A stretch of 64,000 nucleotides of DNA from Felis catus (GCF_018350175.1 NC_058368.1:3906001-3970000); one strand, 5' to 3'; shown: positions 1-14,148, counted from the stretch's first letter. Notes: a model not told the origin generated them from the sequence alone. Translations and numbers: made by a program.

Positions 1-96
1 CTGCTGTCAGCACGGAACCCGCTTCAGATCCTCTCTCTGCCCTTCGCCTGCTTGCACTCTCGTTCTGTCTCAAAAGTCAATAAACATTAAAAAAAA
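1..96 (+). mobile_element. SINEC 3' end (truncated by window edge)
   Basis: gcttcagatcctctctctgccc, CT-rich tract, aataaacattaaaaaaaa. Confidence 0.85.
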
Positions 97-1914
97 CCCG
101 TCCAAATCATGTGGCTCATAAACACCAAAAAGACCCATGGAACATAAAGAGATTTTAGAGACAGAATATAAATTAGTAAATTCAGTACAATTATAATCTC
201 ACTTTTCTAAAACTTATGCTTAATTAAAATGTTTCTGAAATACAAGTAAGCTCCATAATTTTAATGTAATAATGTAAATAATGTAATAAATTAAAACATT
301 AAAAATTATGTAACTTCTTTGTGATGTTAATAATTATAAATTGATAAACTGATAAGCTGATAAATATAAAAACTGATAACTGATAAGTATAAACTGATAA
401 ATATATAAACTGATAAAAAATTAAAACTTGTTTGATGGGAAAGGGTGGTAAACGCAAATACATCCTACTAACTTCAAAATCATTGTCAGGCAGTAACCAA
501 TATTTTGTCATACACTGGGATAACTTTGCTGCTTAAACAAAGGTAGAGCATATCATACCTATTTGTCTTTATTTCCTTGTGAAAGATTCTGTGCTGCCTC
601 TATTGTACAAATATGCCAATACATTTGAATAATGTAAGTTGAGGGGGGGGAAAGTGCATTGCTTCGTGAGTCTATGGAAAACTTAGGGAAACTACCCTGC
701 ATTTAAGTTTTGCGGTGATATAGTGGGAAAATTATGAGCCAAAGGAATATGTATGTTGTACTGCCAGAGTATTTGTATATTGTATATTTTCCTTTATAGG
801 TTTTTATTAGGTGGCATTTTGTAGTTTGGATCATTCCTTGGATTGCTTTTAATGTCAAAATGAAATTATCCATTTTTCATCAGAAGACAACTTTACTAGC
901 AAATAAGTTTTTTTCCGGGGGGTTTTTGCTTTTGTATAACTGTAATAATATTAAAGGGATTTTTCTTCTAGGAGAAGATATATTTTTAACTTGTTTTGGA
1001 AGTCAATAGAAGATATAATTCAGTTGAAATTAAATTTGCTTCTATAGCAAGTTGCTGGGAAACATCAATTTCATTAAATGAAGTATACCCAGAACTGGTT
1101 TCCATATATATTTCTAGAGACTCTCAAAGTTTTACTGTTGACGAGTCAGCTGATCAACTTGACCAAACTTTATCCTTTCTTATGCTGAGCCAAAATGAAA
1201 ATTCATTATCCAGTCTTCTGCATGGTTTAGAAGAAATAAACATCAAAACTTCCTAAGATATAAAGCATTGAGAAATGAGTCTCTTTATGGGTATTTGAAA
1301 ATAGACAAGACAATCACTGATTATTCTGAGACTATTCCCCAAGGACATCTTTACACAAAATATGCTCACTTTAATTTCTCATTAAATTCTAGGAACCCCT
1401 TGCCCACAATATGAAAAATCAGGATCACAATAAAATTGAGAGAAAATTGTATACAAATCATACCACTGAAGAATAAATTTATGTCTGTCCTTGATCTGTT
1501 GCAGTGCTTTAGAATATAGTCAGATAAAAAAAACTGTAAACATTCATTCGTGAAATAATTCTTCCTGTTTCTAAGGGGAAAAAATCCTTATGAACTAGAA
1601 AAACTCACATTTTTTTGATGCCTAAAGTTTTTACTAGCAGCCTAGCAAGGAAGAAAAGTTGCATAGAGAACTCCCAGAAGTGATTGAAAAAACCCAAAAA
1701 CCTGAGGTAAACAAATAATAGTTATGAGAATAATTAAAGGAGCCTCAGTTTGATTTTATATCACCTCTCAAGTGTCGGCATGAAGTTTATGAAAGCACAA
1801 CAAGGTTAAAAACTTTAAAATCACTACAACATCCCCCCAAATGCCAAATTCCTTGCTACACACCATGGGTCATCCTAAACGTGCGAATTCTGAAGTAATA
1901 CCAATTATCAACCT

Positions 1915-2830
1915 GTTCGTTTTTTAAATGTATGCCGAGCAGCTAACGTAAGGTATCGTGGATCTCGCGGTTGCAAAGGCCAATCAGTGAACCCATTGTT
2001 GGGTCCTGCTGCGTGTAGGGTGCTAGCCCCCACAATACAGGCCGGGTTTACAAAACCCTCAGTGCAGTAGAGGTCTAGATACATGTAACATAATGGGATA
2101 AGGTTTCTATGAGAGATGTGATCAAACTTTTGTAGAAATCCAGAAGAAGGAGTTATGGTGGCCTGAGATCAGAAAAGCTTCAACAGGACTCCGATCGTTT
2201 GGGGATGCAATACAAGGATGAAGAAAGATTGTTGAGTGAGAAGTGTATTGTCACAAAGATGTAAGGTTCGAAGGAGAAGGGCAGGAGATAAACCTGTAGA
2301 AATAGGGACCACGTATAAGAGCCTTGTATGCCCGTAGGTCACTTGTGTGGTATTGTGTACCCCAGTTTTTAAAGAGGGAGAGTAAACGTTAGGTTAGTGT
2401 TTTAAGAAATTATCTGGAGAACACTAAGGAGGGGTACTCACGTGTAAGAGGATGTGTGTGAAGGTTTAACATATATTCAGTATTTACATGGTGCCAAGCA
2501 TGCAACTCCAAGAAACGCGGGCCTTTCACAAAAAAGCCTAGGAGGACGTTGTTGAGAAAAAGTGCCAAAGGAACAGTCGAAGCCAAAAGATAAACCAAAC
2601 TGCCCGAAGCCTCAAGGGAAGGTGGAGTGCGAAGAATTCTGGATTGGCCAACAGTCCCAAATGCTACAAGAATTTTCCAGTAGAATGAGAATTGAGAAGG
2701 GGCGTTGGATTTTTTAATAACAAGGTTATTGGGGAGAGCAATTTCGGTAGAACGGTGATGGTGGAAGCCACATTGTCATGGGCCAAAGACCGAGTGGGAC
2801 TTGAGGCAGTGTGAGTTGAATGTGGACTCT
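1915..2830 (-). mobile_element. Degenerate L2 fragments
   Basis: GA-rich sequence resembling antisense L2 3' region (e.g. caaatgctac...tagaatgagaattgaga...ttggattt); boundaries approximate. Confidence 0.5.
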
Positions 2831-2979
2831 GACAGAATGTGACTCATGCGTTGTGGGTACATTCAGCTTTAATGGAAGCTGCCAGTGTTGAGGACGGATT
2901 GCGCCAACTCCCACCAGGATGTGAGAGTTCCAGAGCCTCCACATCCACTGCTTGCCACTGACTCTTGACATTTTCTATA

Positions 2980-4262
2980 ATTTTTTCAGCTTTATTGAAG
3001 TAGAGTTGACAAAATTGAAAGAGATTTGAGGCGTACCACATGATGATATGATAGACATACACATTGCGAAAGGACTTCCCTCAGGGAGTTCACACATCCA
3101 TCACCTCCCATATTTACCTTTTGTGTGTGAGGGAGAATAAGTTCTACTCTATTAGCAAATTTAAACTACCCAAAACAGTGGTATCAGCTATAGTCACCAT
3201 GTTGTTACACAATAGATCCTGAGACTCCATTCAGGTCTTTTAACTGAATGTTTGTACCTTTTTACCAACCTTTTCCTACTTCTCCCCACCCCACCCCACC
3301 CCACCCCCAGCCCCTGGCAACCACTTTTCTATCTGTTTCCATGAATTTGATTTCCCCCCTCTTTAGATTTCACATAAAGTTATACTATGCAGTATTTGTC
3401 TTTCTCTGTGTGACCATTTCACCTAGCATAAGACCCTCCGTGTTCATCCAGGTTGTCACAAAAGACAGGATTTCCCTCTTTTTTTAAGGCTAAATAATAT
3501 TCCATTGTCATTGTATACCACATGAGAATAATGTATAATCTGCTGCTGTCGGGCTGAATGTTTATCTGGTCTAACGTACAGTTTAACCACCCTGTTTCCT
3601 TAGTGATTTTCTGTCTGAGTGATGTATCCATTGTTGAAAGTGGAATATTGAAGTTTCCTGCTATTACTGTATTACTCTCTATTTCTCCCTTCAGTTCTTA
3701 TACTCAAATGTTGGGTGAATATTTTCTGGTGTTACATTCTCTTGATGAATTGACCCTCTTAGCATTCTATAATGACCTTCTTCATCTCTTGCTATAGTCC
3801 TTGGTTTATAGTCTGTTTTTTCTGATATAAGAATAGCTACCCTTGATTCCTGTTGGTTTCCATTTTCATGGAATATCTTTTTCCATCACTTTCAGTCTAT
3901 ATGTGTCTGTAGAGATGAAATCAGTCTCTTATAGGCAGCATGTAGTTGACTCTTGTTTGGTTTTATTGTGTTATCTAGCCACCCTGTGTCTTTTGAGTGG
4001 AAAATTTAGTCCATTTACATTTCAAGTAATTTTTGGTAGGTATGAACTTATGACTGTCATTTTGTTGATTGTTTTCTGGTTGTTTTGTAATTCCTTGGTT
4101 CCCTTCTTCAAGTCTTGTTTCCTTCCTTTGTGATTTGATGATTTTTACATAGTGTTCTGCTTATGTTCTTTTCCCTTTATCTTTTGTGAATCTACTATAG
4201 GTTTTGGCTTTGGTTACCATAAGGCTTACATAAAACGCTCATAGTTATAACAGTCTATTATT
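2980..4262 (-). mobile_element. Old L1 fragments (3'UTR at about 2980-3520, ORF2 endonuclease region at about 3520-4260)
   Basis: Antisense L1 hallmarks; minus-strand ORF text MEYYLALKKEGNPVF; gtctcttataggcagcatgtagttg (CCLQET reversed). Confidence 0.8.
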
Positions 4263-4267
4263 TTTTT

Positions 4268-4440
4268 AAGAAATAAAAGAGTTTTATTACAGCCCAAGTT
4301 AAAGACAGCTGCCTGGGATACACAATCTTTACAAAGAAGAGAGTGCTCTAGGGAAGGAACATTAGGTGCAGAGTTACATATGCTTTTTACATCAAGAGTT
4401 ACAAATCAACTTGATAAAGGACATCCAGAAAGTTACAGGT
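4268..4440 (-). mobile_element. Probable ERV LTR 3' fragment
   Basis: gagttttattacagcccaagtt (AATAAA on minus strand) followed by LTR-like sequence; family not determined. Confidence 0.4.
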
Positions 4441-4464
4441 TTTATCTTATTTTTAAAAATTTTA

Positions 4465-4680
4465 GGGGCGCCTGGGTGGCGCAGTCGGTTAAGCGTCCGA
4501 CTTCAGCCAGGTCACGATCTCGTGGTCCGTGAGTTCGAGCCCCGCGTCAGGCTCTGGGCTGATGGCTCAGAGCCTGGAGCCTGTTTCCGATTCTGTGTCT
4601 CCCTCTCTCTCTGCCCCTCCCCCGTTCGTGCTCTGTCTCTCTCTGTCCCAAAAATAAATAAACGTTAAACAAAAAAGTTT
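4465..4680 (+). mobile_element. Young SINEC_Fc
   Basis: ggggcgcctgggtggcgcagtcggttaagcg...gagttcgagccc (A and B boxes), CpG-rich, CT tract, aataaa; flanked by aaaatttta; sits in the tail of an antisense L1. Confidence 0.95.
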
Positions 4681-5937
4681 AAAATTTTAATTCCAATACA
4701 GTTAACACACAGTGTTGTATTAGTTTCAGGTGTACAATATGGTGATTCAAAAATTCCATACATCCCCCAGCGTTTATCACAGAAGTGCACTCCTTAATCC
4801 CTATCATCTATTTCACCCATCTCAGAACCCACCTTCCCTCTAGTAACCATCAGTTTGTTCTCCATAGTCAAGAGAATGTTTCTTGGTTTGTGTGTGTGTG
4901 TCTCTCTCTGTTTTTACACTGGCTCATTGTTTTAGTTTTCAAATTCCACATATGAATGAAATCATATGGTATTTGTCTTTATCTGACTTATTTCACTTAG
5001 CATCATACTCTCTCACTCCATTTGTATTATTGCAAGTGGCAAGATTTCTCTATTTTTGTGGCTGAATAATATTCCATTGTATATACATACCACATCTCTT
5101 TTATCCATTCATCTATCGATGGACACTTGGGCTGCTTCCATAATTTGGCTATTGTAAATAATGCTGCTGTAAACATAGGGGTTCATGAATCACTTTGAAT
5201 TAGTGCTTTTGCATTTTGGGGGTAAATACCCAGTAGTGTGATTACTAGATCCTAGGGTAGTTCTATTTTTAATGTTTTAAGGAATCTCCATACCATTTTC
5301 CACAGTGGCTGCCCCAGTTTGCATTCAGCAAACTATCAGCAGTGAAAGTAAGTTCCTTTTTATCCACATCCTTACCAACACTTGTTGTTTCTTGTGTTTT
5401 TTATTTTAGCCACTCTGACAAGTGTAAGGTGGTATCTCATTATAGTTTTGATTTGTATTTCCTTCAAGGTGAGTGCTGTTGAGCATCCTTTCATGTGTCT
5501 GTTGACCATCTGGACGTCTTCTTTGGAGAAATGTCTGTCCATATCTTCTGCCCTTTTTTAAGTTGGGTTATTTGTTTTCTGGGTGTTGAGTTGTATCAGT
5601 TCTTTATATATTTTGGATACTAACTCTTTATTGGATATGTCATTTGAAAATATCCTCTCCCATTCAGCAGGTTGCCTTTTAGTCTTGTTGATTGTTTCCC
5701 TCTCCATGCAGAAGTGTGTTTTTTTTTTTATTTAGGTGCAGTCCCAGTAGTTTATTTTTTACTTTATTTTCCTTGCCTTAGGAGACATATCTAGAAATGT
5801 TGCCATGGCCAATGTCAGAGACATTACTGCTTGTGCTCTCTTCTAGGATTTTTGTGGTTTCAGATCTCACATTTAGGTTGTTAATCCATTTTAAATTTAT
5901 TTTTGTGTATGGTGGGAGAAGGTAGTCCAGTTTCATT
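4681..5937 (-). mobile_element. 5'-truncated L1 (L1_Carn-like): ORF2 3' end and 3'UTR
   Basis: Typical antisense L1 text: aggtggtatctcattatagttttgatttgtatttcc; cttctttggagaaatgtctg. Confidence 0.9.
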
Positions 5938-6598
5938 GGAGTTTTCAGCCTTACACCCCATTCTCCAAAGAAAGGAGAGAGGCTGGAAATGATTGATCAT
6001 GCCTACATAAGGAAGCCCTCCATAAATCCCAGTCGTAAGGGATAAGGGGAGCTTCTAGATTAGCAAACATATCCACACCAGGAGAGTGATATACCCCAAC
6101 TCCATGGAGACAAATCCAAAGGTCCCTGCACGTGGGATTTTCCCAGACCATGCCCTATACAGCTCTTCGTCTGGCTGTTTATCTGTGTCCTATACCATAT
6201 TTTTTAATATACTGGTAATTATAAGTTTTTCCTTGAGTTTTGTGACCTGTTTTAGCAATTTAATCAAACCCAAGGAGGGGACCATTGGAACCTCCAATAA
6301 AGAGCTGGTTGGTCAGAAGCACAGGTGATAACCTTGGCTTATGACTGGCATCTAAAAGCGGTTGGGTGGGACTGAGCCCTTAGTCTGTGGAATTTGGTGA
6401 TGTCTCTGGGAAGATATGTCTGAATTGAATTGAATTCTTGGACACTCTGCTGGGATCTGAGGATTTATAGTTGCGGGGAAAACTTCCACACATTTATTTG
6501 GTGACCAGAAATGTCAGAAATGAAGTGTCTATGTGAGGAACAGGATCCTCAACAGGAAGGAAAGACATAGTAGGGGAGAACTGAGTTTTTCCTACAGA
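5938..6598 (+). mobile_element. MER21-like LTR
   Basis: ccccaactccatggagaca, tttcccagacc..gccctat, ggtcagaagcacaggtga, gtgggactgagccctt; ends tttttcctacaga. Confidence 0.65.
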
Positions 6599-7602
6599 GG
6601 AAGGAAAAAAAACCCCAAGTGTTTCCTTACCATACCCAGCTGGCCTTTAGAAAATGTTGAATGGGGCAGTGCTGATCGGAGAAGGAAAGCGGAGGGTAAT
6701 CTATTTCCTACAAGAAGGGAAAGTTATCAAAGGTAGTTATGTGAAACCAAATTAATGTAGTAAATTCAAAAGGATATGTAAGTTAATTAAACTTTAAGAG
6801 ATGAAAGGAAATCAGAGAAGCCTGCAGAAATATCAAATATTTTGCAGTTTTTGGCCTCCAGAATGAAGAAAGCCAACAACAATAGGAAATTGACCAGATG
6901 AATTTAGGGTTCCAGGGAAAGTTAACTAGATCGTGTTCTACTTGAGTTCGAGCTGTGAATGCTAAGCTTGCAACTAAGAAAATGATGATTAAGGGCCAGA
7001 GCAGCACCCCATCTGTGAGCTCCAGCTTTGGGAAGATGAAAAGTGGGGAAGGGTTTGTGCCACAGGTAAAGGTTAAAGTCATGGATGGGAAGAATTTGAG
7101 TCATGACACTGTTCTTGTTACATGGAAGGGGCTTTGCACTGAGAGTTCATTCACCCTTCTGGCGTCTGTGTAAATTGCCTAAGGATTCAACCAAGGCATC
7201 ATCCTGCAGGGACTGCTCTCCCTGCCCCCTGCTATTGCCCAGAAGTGTTGAGCCCACTCTGAACGAGTGGTGGGAGCAGAACAGAGTCAAACTCTGGCAC
7301 TTGGTTGATTCTTGCCAAAACAATGAACGAGTCACGGTACAGTCACATTATGATTGACAGCAGCTGATGCACCAAAGGAAGGAAAGCCAGAGATGAGATG
7401 TCCCATTCACATGAAACTGACAGTGTGGTGCAATGTAGGATCTAAGTGACCTCGAGCTTTATCAGCTTAACTGATGTTTTTCTGGACACGGATCGTTTAA
7501 CAGCTCAACAACCACATGCTGAGCACTTTTGCGCATCAGATATTAAACGAAGAGTTGAGAATAGATGCGGTTCATCCCTGCTCACAAGAAGTATCCTGGC
7601 TA

Positions 7603-8050
7603 ATCTGTTGCTACAAAACATGTTAGTCTAAAAACAAATGGCTTAAAACAAAAGCTATTTTATCGTAACTTTTGATTTTGTAAGTCAGAAAATGGGGCAG
7701 GGCTCAGCGAGGCAATTCTGCCCGCCACCACCCCCCATGTCAATTGAGGTCACTCAGATATAATTAGCTGGTATTAGGGCTGGTTTGGAGGGTTTGGGAT
7801 GACTTCATTCACATATCTGGTGCCAGTGCAGGGATGGCTGGAAAGCTGGGCTCAGCTGAAACTGACAACTGGAGAGTCTGCCCTTGGTCTCCCCAGCATG
7901 TGATCTCAAGGTCCCTGGACTTCTTACATGGTAGGACTAGTCAGGACTTCTAAAGTATTCCAGTAGGCCTGAGCAGAAGCCTCAAGACTTCTTTTGATGT
8001 CATACCTGCTGGTAGGCCAGATTCATGGGCAGAAGATTATACTCTACCTC
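7603..8050 (-). mobile_element. MLT1 (ERVL-MaLR) LTR
   Basis: tggcttaaaacaa...gtcagaaatggggcagggctcagc...ggatggctggaaagctgggctcagctg pattern. Confidence 0.65.
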
Positions 8051-8729
8051 TCGGAGGAATAACCAATATTTTGTGCAGAAACAAACAGGCTCTTATATTA
8101 GTAATGATATAAGTGCTACTACAGAGCTATGCACAGGGTGTCGTGGACAGGGAGAACTGAAACGAAGGATTAGTAAGAATTAGCTGTATAAATTAAAATA
8201 AGAAAGTTATTCGTCAACTCCATGAGCAAACACACGGATGCCGAAAGAGCGTGCTGCCACTCCTATGATACAAGGGAGTAGAAGTGACGGAACCACAATG
8301 CCATCAGCAAGAGTCAGGAGAGACTGAGGGATCCAGAGCAAGTCTGTTCCACCTCAAAGTTCAAGAACGGACCTGGTGCCCAGAGCCTATGGCCACACGG
8401 CTCCAGACCCTCTCCTCATAAACAGGAGTCAGTGGGGAGCAGCAGGCACTCACCTCTTAATGCCCCTCTCCTTCCCGGATTTCCCTCTGCCATCGGCCTC
8501 CAATGTGCTGCAGATGAGGCCCAACTCCCTTTCATCCCCATCGATGTTGGTCACCATAGGAAACCCTCGCCTCCCCACTGCTCATCTCTTGCACTCAAAG
8601 GCTCTGAGGTTCTGCTCACGCACTGTCCTCTCCTACCCTCATCCTTCCCCAACTCTGGGAACCCTCTGTTCGACCCTCTGGAATTCAGGACTTCCATCAG
8701 CACGACGAATGTTTTACTTGGCCCATCAC

Positions 8730-9260
8730 TTTAAGCACGTGATTAAAGGGCCAGGCTTCTTCCCTGTAAAATTACTGTTTTCCCATTTGCAGGTATAACT
8801 ATTTGGTAAGGAGATAGGTTTAAACTATGTAAAGACACTGTTTTCGTCAACCCTTCCATTCATTTGTTTATTTTTGCATGTCTGTATGGACTCATGATTT
8901 CTAATTCAATTCAGTGGGCTCTCATAATCCATTGCTGCCATTTCTTTCAGTGCTTATATTCAGTCTGATTTGGCCTCTGGGAGCCCCTTTTAGCCGGCTT
9001 TTCTGCCTTTTGGTCTATCCTCAGTATTCTCTGTGCCCTTTCTTGTCTACCCACACAGGATCTTCCAGGCTCATCATGCTCTTTGCTTACTCTGGCCCTG
9101 AAATTAGCTGTCTCTCCAAGGAGCTCTAATCCCTCTTAGTGTGGAATGGTATTTAGAACCTGAGATTCAAGTGTCAGACGCGCTCATTGCTGTCAGTGTG
9201 CTGCTAGCCCAGACCCACTCAGAGGACATGTAACTAACACCTGCGTGCATGCATGCAGAT

Positions 9261-9298
<38 letters not shown>

Positions 9299-9480
9299 TT
9301 ATATGAACATTTCTCTACCTATCCATCTACATGTGGAACACCATGGGTTCATACAAATGTTTAACTTCAGTGCAACAATATGGGGATTAACCTCATTTTC
9401 TCTCTTTTTGTATTTGTACCTCCCTTCCGTGACAACGAGGAACTTAGCTCCCTTGCTCTTTCATCTACTTATAAACTCAA
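8730..9480 (-). mobile_element. Old L1M 3'-end fragment
   Basis: Resembles antisense L1MC/MD 3'UTR (ctccaaggagctctaatccctcttagtgtggaatggtatttagaacc). Confidence 0.55.
9262..9296. repeat. (CA)17 microsatellite
   Basis: Perfect CA run. Confidence 0.97.
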
Positions 9481-9919
9481 TCCCTTGCATGTTTCCACCC
9501 TCCTACCTCTGCCACCACCCTCTCCCCATTGCACTTGAGCTGGACACCCTTCCCCGGGGGAGCTTCGCCACTGAGGGGTTCTATTCACCCTTCTGGGACC
9601 TGAATAATAATTTAAATTATTCGGTCACGCCTCTTCGTAGAAGCCCTCTTCACCCAGCTGGGGCATTTTATTTAACAAGAACACGTGGCCTTAATGGAAT
9701 CGTACACCTTTTGTGTTCTTAAAACCACAGTGTTCTTACAGGGCTTTGCTATGGGTGTCAGAGCTCAAGGGGCCCGATGATTGTCAGGTCATGGGAGATA
9801 GTACTCAATAACCAGAGTGACTTTTCTTAGAGAAAAATAAGATAGTATAAATCCATCAGAATATTTCATTAATTTAAATGACTATGAACACTAAACTTTA
9901 CTATTAATGAAGATTTTCA

Positions 9920-11945
9920 AGTTGTGTTTTTTAAAAGATCATCTATAATGTCCTTATAAGAGACATAAAAGAAAAAAATGAGAGAGTTTGAAAATAAAAG
10001 AAGGAAAAAGGATAAGCCAGAACAGTATTGACTAAATAGAAGCTGGTGTGAGATAAAAATAATGTCATTTATAATGGCACCAAGACACACGAAGTATTTA
10101 TGTAAAAATCAAGCAAAATATGAATAAGATTTATATGCTGAAAACTACAAAACAATGATGAAAGAAATTTTTATGATTCAATGGGGAAATAGTGTTCGAA
10201 CATTGGAAGACTCAATATTTTTAAGATGTTAGTTCTTCCCAAATTCATACTTATATTCAATACATTTCTAGTCAAAAACCCAGCAGAAATGTTTGTAGAA
10301 TAGATAAGCTGATTCTAAAACTTATATTTAAAGGCAAAATGCTAGGATAAAGTTAGAAAGAAAGACAAAAAATGTATATGATTCCACTAACTTTAGGCAC
10401 ATAGAATAATCAGATTTATAGAATCAAGAAGTAGAATAGGAGCTACCAGGGGCTGGGGGAGTGGGGAATAGGGAGCTGGGTTTAATGGGCACAGAGTTTC
10501 AGTTGGAAAGCATGAAACAATTATGGAGAAGGATGGTGGTGATTGTGCGACGATATGAAGGTACTTAATACCACTGTACTATGCAATTAAAGATGGCTAA
10601 AATGGTGAATGTTATTAAGTATACTTTATCATAATAAAGATTTTTTTAAATTATTCGAATTGCCAAAATAATTTTGAACTCCCACTGGGTGATTTCAAAC
10701 CTGACGGTAGGGTTAGAGTAATCAATACAGTACAGTAAGTACAGACACATAGGTCAACAGACCAGAATAGACAATCCAGAAATACAACCACATGTGGTTA
10801 ATTTTTGACAAAAGTACAAAAGTAATTCAGTAGAGAAGGGATACAATTATCACCGTATGGTGCTGGAATAATTGAATATCCACCCATATGCAAAATAATC
10901 TTCATGTATGCCCCACACCATACACAAAAGTTAACTAAAAACTGGTCAGAGACCTAAATGTGTAATCTAAAACTATAAAAATGCTAGAAGAAAACATAGG
11001 AGAAAATATGTCCTTGGTTTAGGGAAAGTTGTCACATAAAATATCAAAAGCATAATCATAAGAGAAAAGCGATAAATTAAACTTCTTGAAAATTGAAAAC
11101 TTTTGCTCTGCAAAAGACACCAGTCAAGGAATAAAAAACCACAAACTTGGTAAGAATATTTGCAAATTACATATCGACAAAGATGTGGATAGTAAAAAGC
11201 CCACTGAAGAACACTTACTATCATTAGTCATTAGGAAAATACAAATTAAAACCACAATATGATACCATCACGCTCCTATTAGAATGAAAAAAAGTACTGA
11301 CAGTACTAAGTGCTGACAAGAATACAGTGCAACCAGAATACGCGTATATTGCTTATGGGAATGCAAAATGGTACAACCGTCTTGGAAAACTGAACGGTTT
11401 GGCGGTTTCTTGTTTCTTATAAGGTTAACCATAAACCTACCATACAACGCAGCAAATCCCCAGGCGTTTGCTCATCAGAAATGACCACTATGTGCGCACA
11501 GAAGCCCTTTATTCGTAATCATCAGAGCAAGCTAAATGTCTTTCAACTGACACGTGTATAAACAAACCGTGGAATATTCTCCAGTGGAATAGTCTGCCTC
11601 TCTAAAAAGAAACAAACTCCTGATACACACAAAAGCATGGATGACTGCCAGACGCTTTATCCTAGGGAAAGAAGGCAGTCTGAAAAGGCTACATACTGTA
11701 TGATTCCATTTAGATGACATTCTGGAAAGGGCAAGACTATTGCAACAGAAAGCAGTGGTTGCCAAGGAGTGGGGGTTGGCTGTGACTGCGGGGGGGCATT
11801 GTTTATCGTCCCCAGAACTGTTGTGTACCTTCACGGTGTTGGTGTGTTGTACTTTGATTGTGAAACCTGGCAAAAATATTCACTAAAAAGGGTGAATTTT
11901 ATTATTTGTGAGTTGTAGCTCAACATACCTGAGTTAAAAAAAAAA
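9920..11945 (+). mobile_element. Old L1M fragments (ORF2 3' half and 3'UTR), with a nested L1M 3' end at about 10370-10640
   Basis: gaaaactacaaaacaatgatgaaagaaat, cattagtcattaggaaaatacaaattaaaaccaca, tgattccatttagatgacattctggaaaggg. Confidence 0.8.
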
Positions 11946-12899
11946 ACGAAAATAGGCATATTGTTTTGTTTTCAGACATTGAGTAGTGATGGATTGTTTG
12001 TAGAGGTTTGTAATTCATTTTGTTAAAACCATAGAATATGGGCTGAGGTCATCTCATGTCAATTTCCTCATTTTTCAATGAATGAAAAAGCCAGAGGAGG
12101 AAATGACACATGACAAAGAACAATCCCCTTTTGCGATGTGATTATATAAATAAGCTGCTTCAGAGGCTGGGATCCGCATTACTTTTTTGTTGTTTTCTGC
12201 CGATGTAGCGAAACAGAGTCCAGAAAAACTCCTGGCGTCTGTTCGGTTGAACCCAGAAATCCACAGCAGATTTTCAGATTTGAAAGTACAATGTTGGAAC
12301 CTCACTTTGGCTAATTCTAGGACCAAAAGTTCCTGATGCAGTTGTCTGCTAAAAGTTGGTTTATTATACACACATGATGGATCTTACAACATTGCTCATG
12401 TTGGCTTCATTTCACAAACTGTGTCTTACAACTGCACGGTTACATTTTGTGAGAAGTTGTACCATAGTGGCTGTCAACTTTTTAGATTTGGAGCCCCGCC
12501 TCCAAAGCTACACACGCAGTCACAAATGTAAGAGTGACTCGGGAAACCTTCTCTGCCTGTGGTGTCGGTTGACCCAAGCCCAGCGGCACTGAGGGACTTC
12601 CATTGATCACAGTGCAAAATCCACTGCTCCCACACCCACGTTTGGGAAGAGGGCCATAATGGTGGCTCACAGACAGCTAGCCAGGCCGAATGATTCCAGA
12701 CTGAATCTGGTTCTTGTTAACAGGGCTTATCAGTCAGTGGAGTTCTTGAGAAGAGAAGTCTGTGGCATCAGTTCAGAGTAACAGATCTCTGTCCCGGAAG
12801 TCACCTCTCACTGTATAAAACTGTGCTTAATGTCATTGTTCCATTTTATCTGACCATTCTACTCTCCCTTTTAAAAATCTAACTGTAGACTCAGAAGAG

Positions 12900-13330
12900 A
12901 GGGGAGATCAGAATTCAGTTTGTTGTAGTTAGGTGTTACCAAACTTTCGAAAGGGAAGGAGAGATGGAGAATTGTATATACAGGTCTGGAGCTCAGAAGA
13001 GAAAATGTAAACTGCAGATAAAAACAGGTGAGAATTTCCACACTGAGATGGTACTGGGAGCTGAGGGTGTGGTCAGAGAAGGCTCACAGGAAGGGGCCGG
13101 ACTGCTGAGGAAGCCAGCAGTCCAGGGCTGGGCAGAGGAGGATGAATGTATATGGAGGCCAAGGAGAGAAGCTAAGAGAGCCTGGTGTCCTGGAAACCGA
13201 GTGAGGATAGGGTACCAATGAGAAAGAGGTCCAGTGTTAAATGCTGCTGAGAAAGCAAAGGGAATGAAGTTTAAAAATGTCCATGAGATTTAATAGCATG
13301 ATGGTCACTGGTGATCTCCATAATTAAGTC
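12900..13330 (-). mobile_element. L2 fragment
   Basis: atatacaggtctggagctcagaagag...aaatgctgctgaga...ggtcactggtga. Confidence 0.6.
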
Positions 13331-13515
13331 TTCTATCCTTTGTGGGCATTCTTCATGATGAAAAATTCTTTGAGAACAGACCCTTTGAATAGAGCTTCAC
13401 GTCCTCCTATACGGTTTTGTGCTTAAGAAATGGCCACCGAACAGTTGCTATATTGTAAACTTACCTGATACACATGAAACCTCAAGAAGGTGTCATGGTG
13501 GCGGGGGGGTGGGGG

Positions 13516-13641
13516 GGGGGACCTGGGTGGTTCAGTCAGTTGAGTGTCCGACTTCAGCTCGGGTCATGATCTCACAGCTGATGAGTTCAAGCCCTGCGTC
13601 AGGCTCTGTGCTGACGGCCCAGAGCCTGGACCCTGCTTTGG

Positions 13642-13682
<41 letters not shown>

Positions 13683-13722
13683 AAAATTAAAAAATAATAA
13701 AAACATTAAAAAAATTTTTTTT
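13516..13722 (+). mobile_element. SINEC with (CT)n tract
   Basis: cctgggtggttcagtcagttgagtgtccgacttcagctc, CT run, A-rich tail. Confidence 0.9.
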
Positions 13723-14148
13723 CAATGGTACCATGGGGGTGGGGGTGGTGAAACTGTTGTGTACCCTGATTGTATCAGTGGCTACACGTGTTAAAACTCA
13801 TAGAATGGTACACCTCAAAACAGCCCATTTTATTACATTTTATTTTAAAAAAACAGTTTTAAATAATAATGGTAAGAGTCTTTTTCTTACATGGTGGCGA
13901 CTCTCGGGTGTTTATTGTGAAGTGACTCTTTCAATCTCACACGTATTTCCTAAATAGTCCTTTGTATTACGCAAGGGTTAATGAAATATTGACAATTTAA
14001 TAAAAACAACTAAGGTTTTAAGCAAAGTAAGAGAAATCCAGAGAAGTGCCAATAGAAGATTTATGAAAATGCATCTATAATTTTAGCTGATACTAAAAGA
14101 AGTGAAAAGGAAAGCAAAAACAAAATCTCTGTTGTCTCGTCTTTTTAA

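Noticed and set aside
4465..4560. A/B-box tRNA-like heads of SINEs as tRNA genes
   Set aside because: They continue into SINEC body, CT tract and A tail, so they are tRNA-derived SINEs rather than tRNAs.
4366..4668. Recurrent similar peptides in the ORF track (GAPGWRSRLSVRL..., MAQSV.RPTSAQVMIS...) at 4366, 41477, 45226, 48980, 54531 and 63690
   Set aside because: These are translations of SINEC copies, not a gene family.
8376..9722. 140-aa and 157-aa ORFs
   Set aside because: Low-complexity, overlapping an old L1 fragment and a (CA)n run, with no homology recognised.
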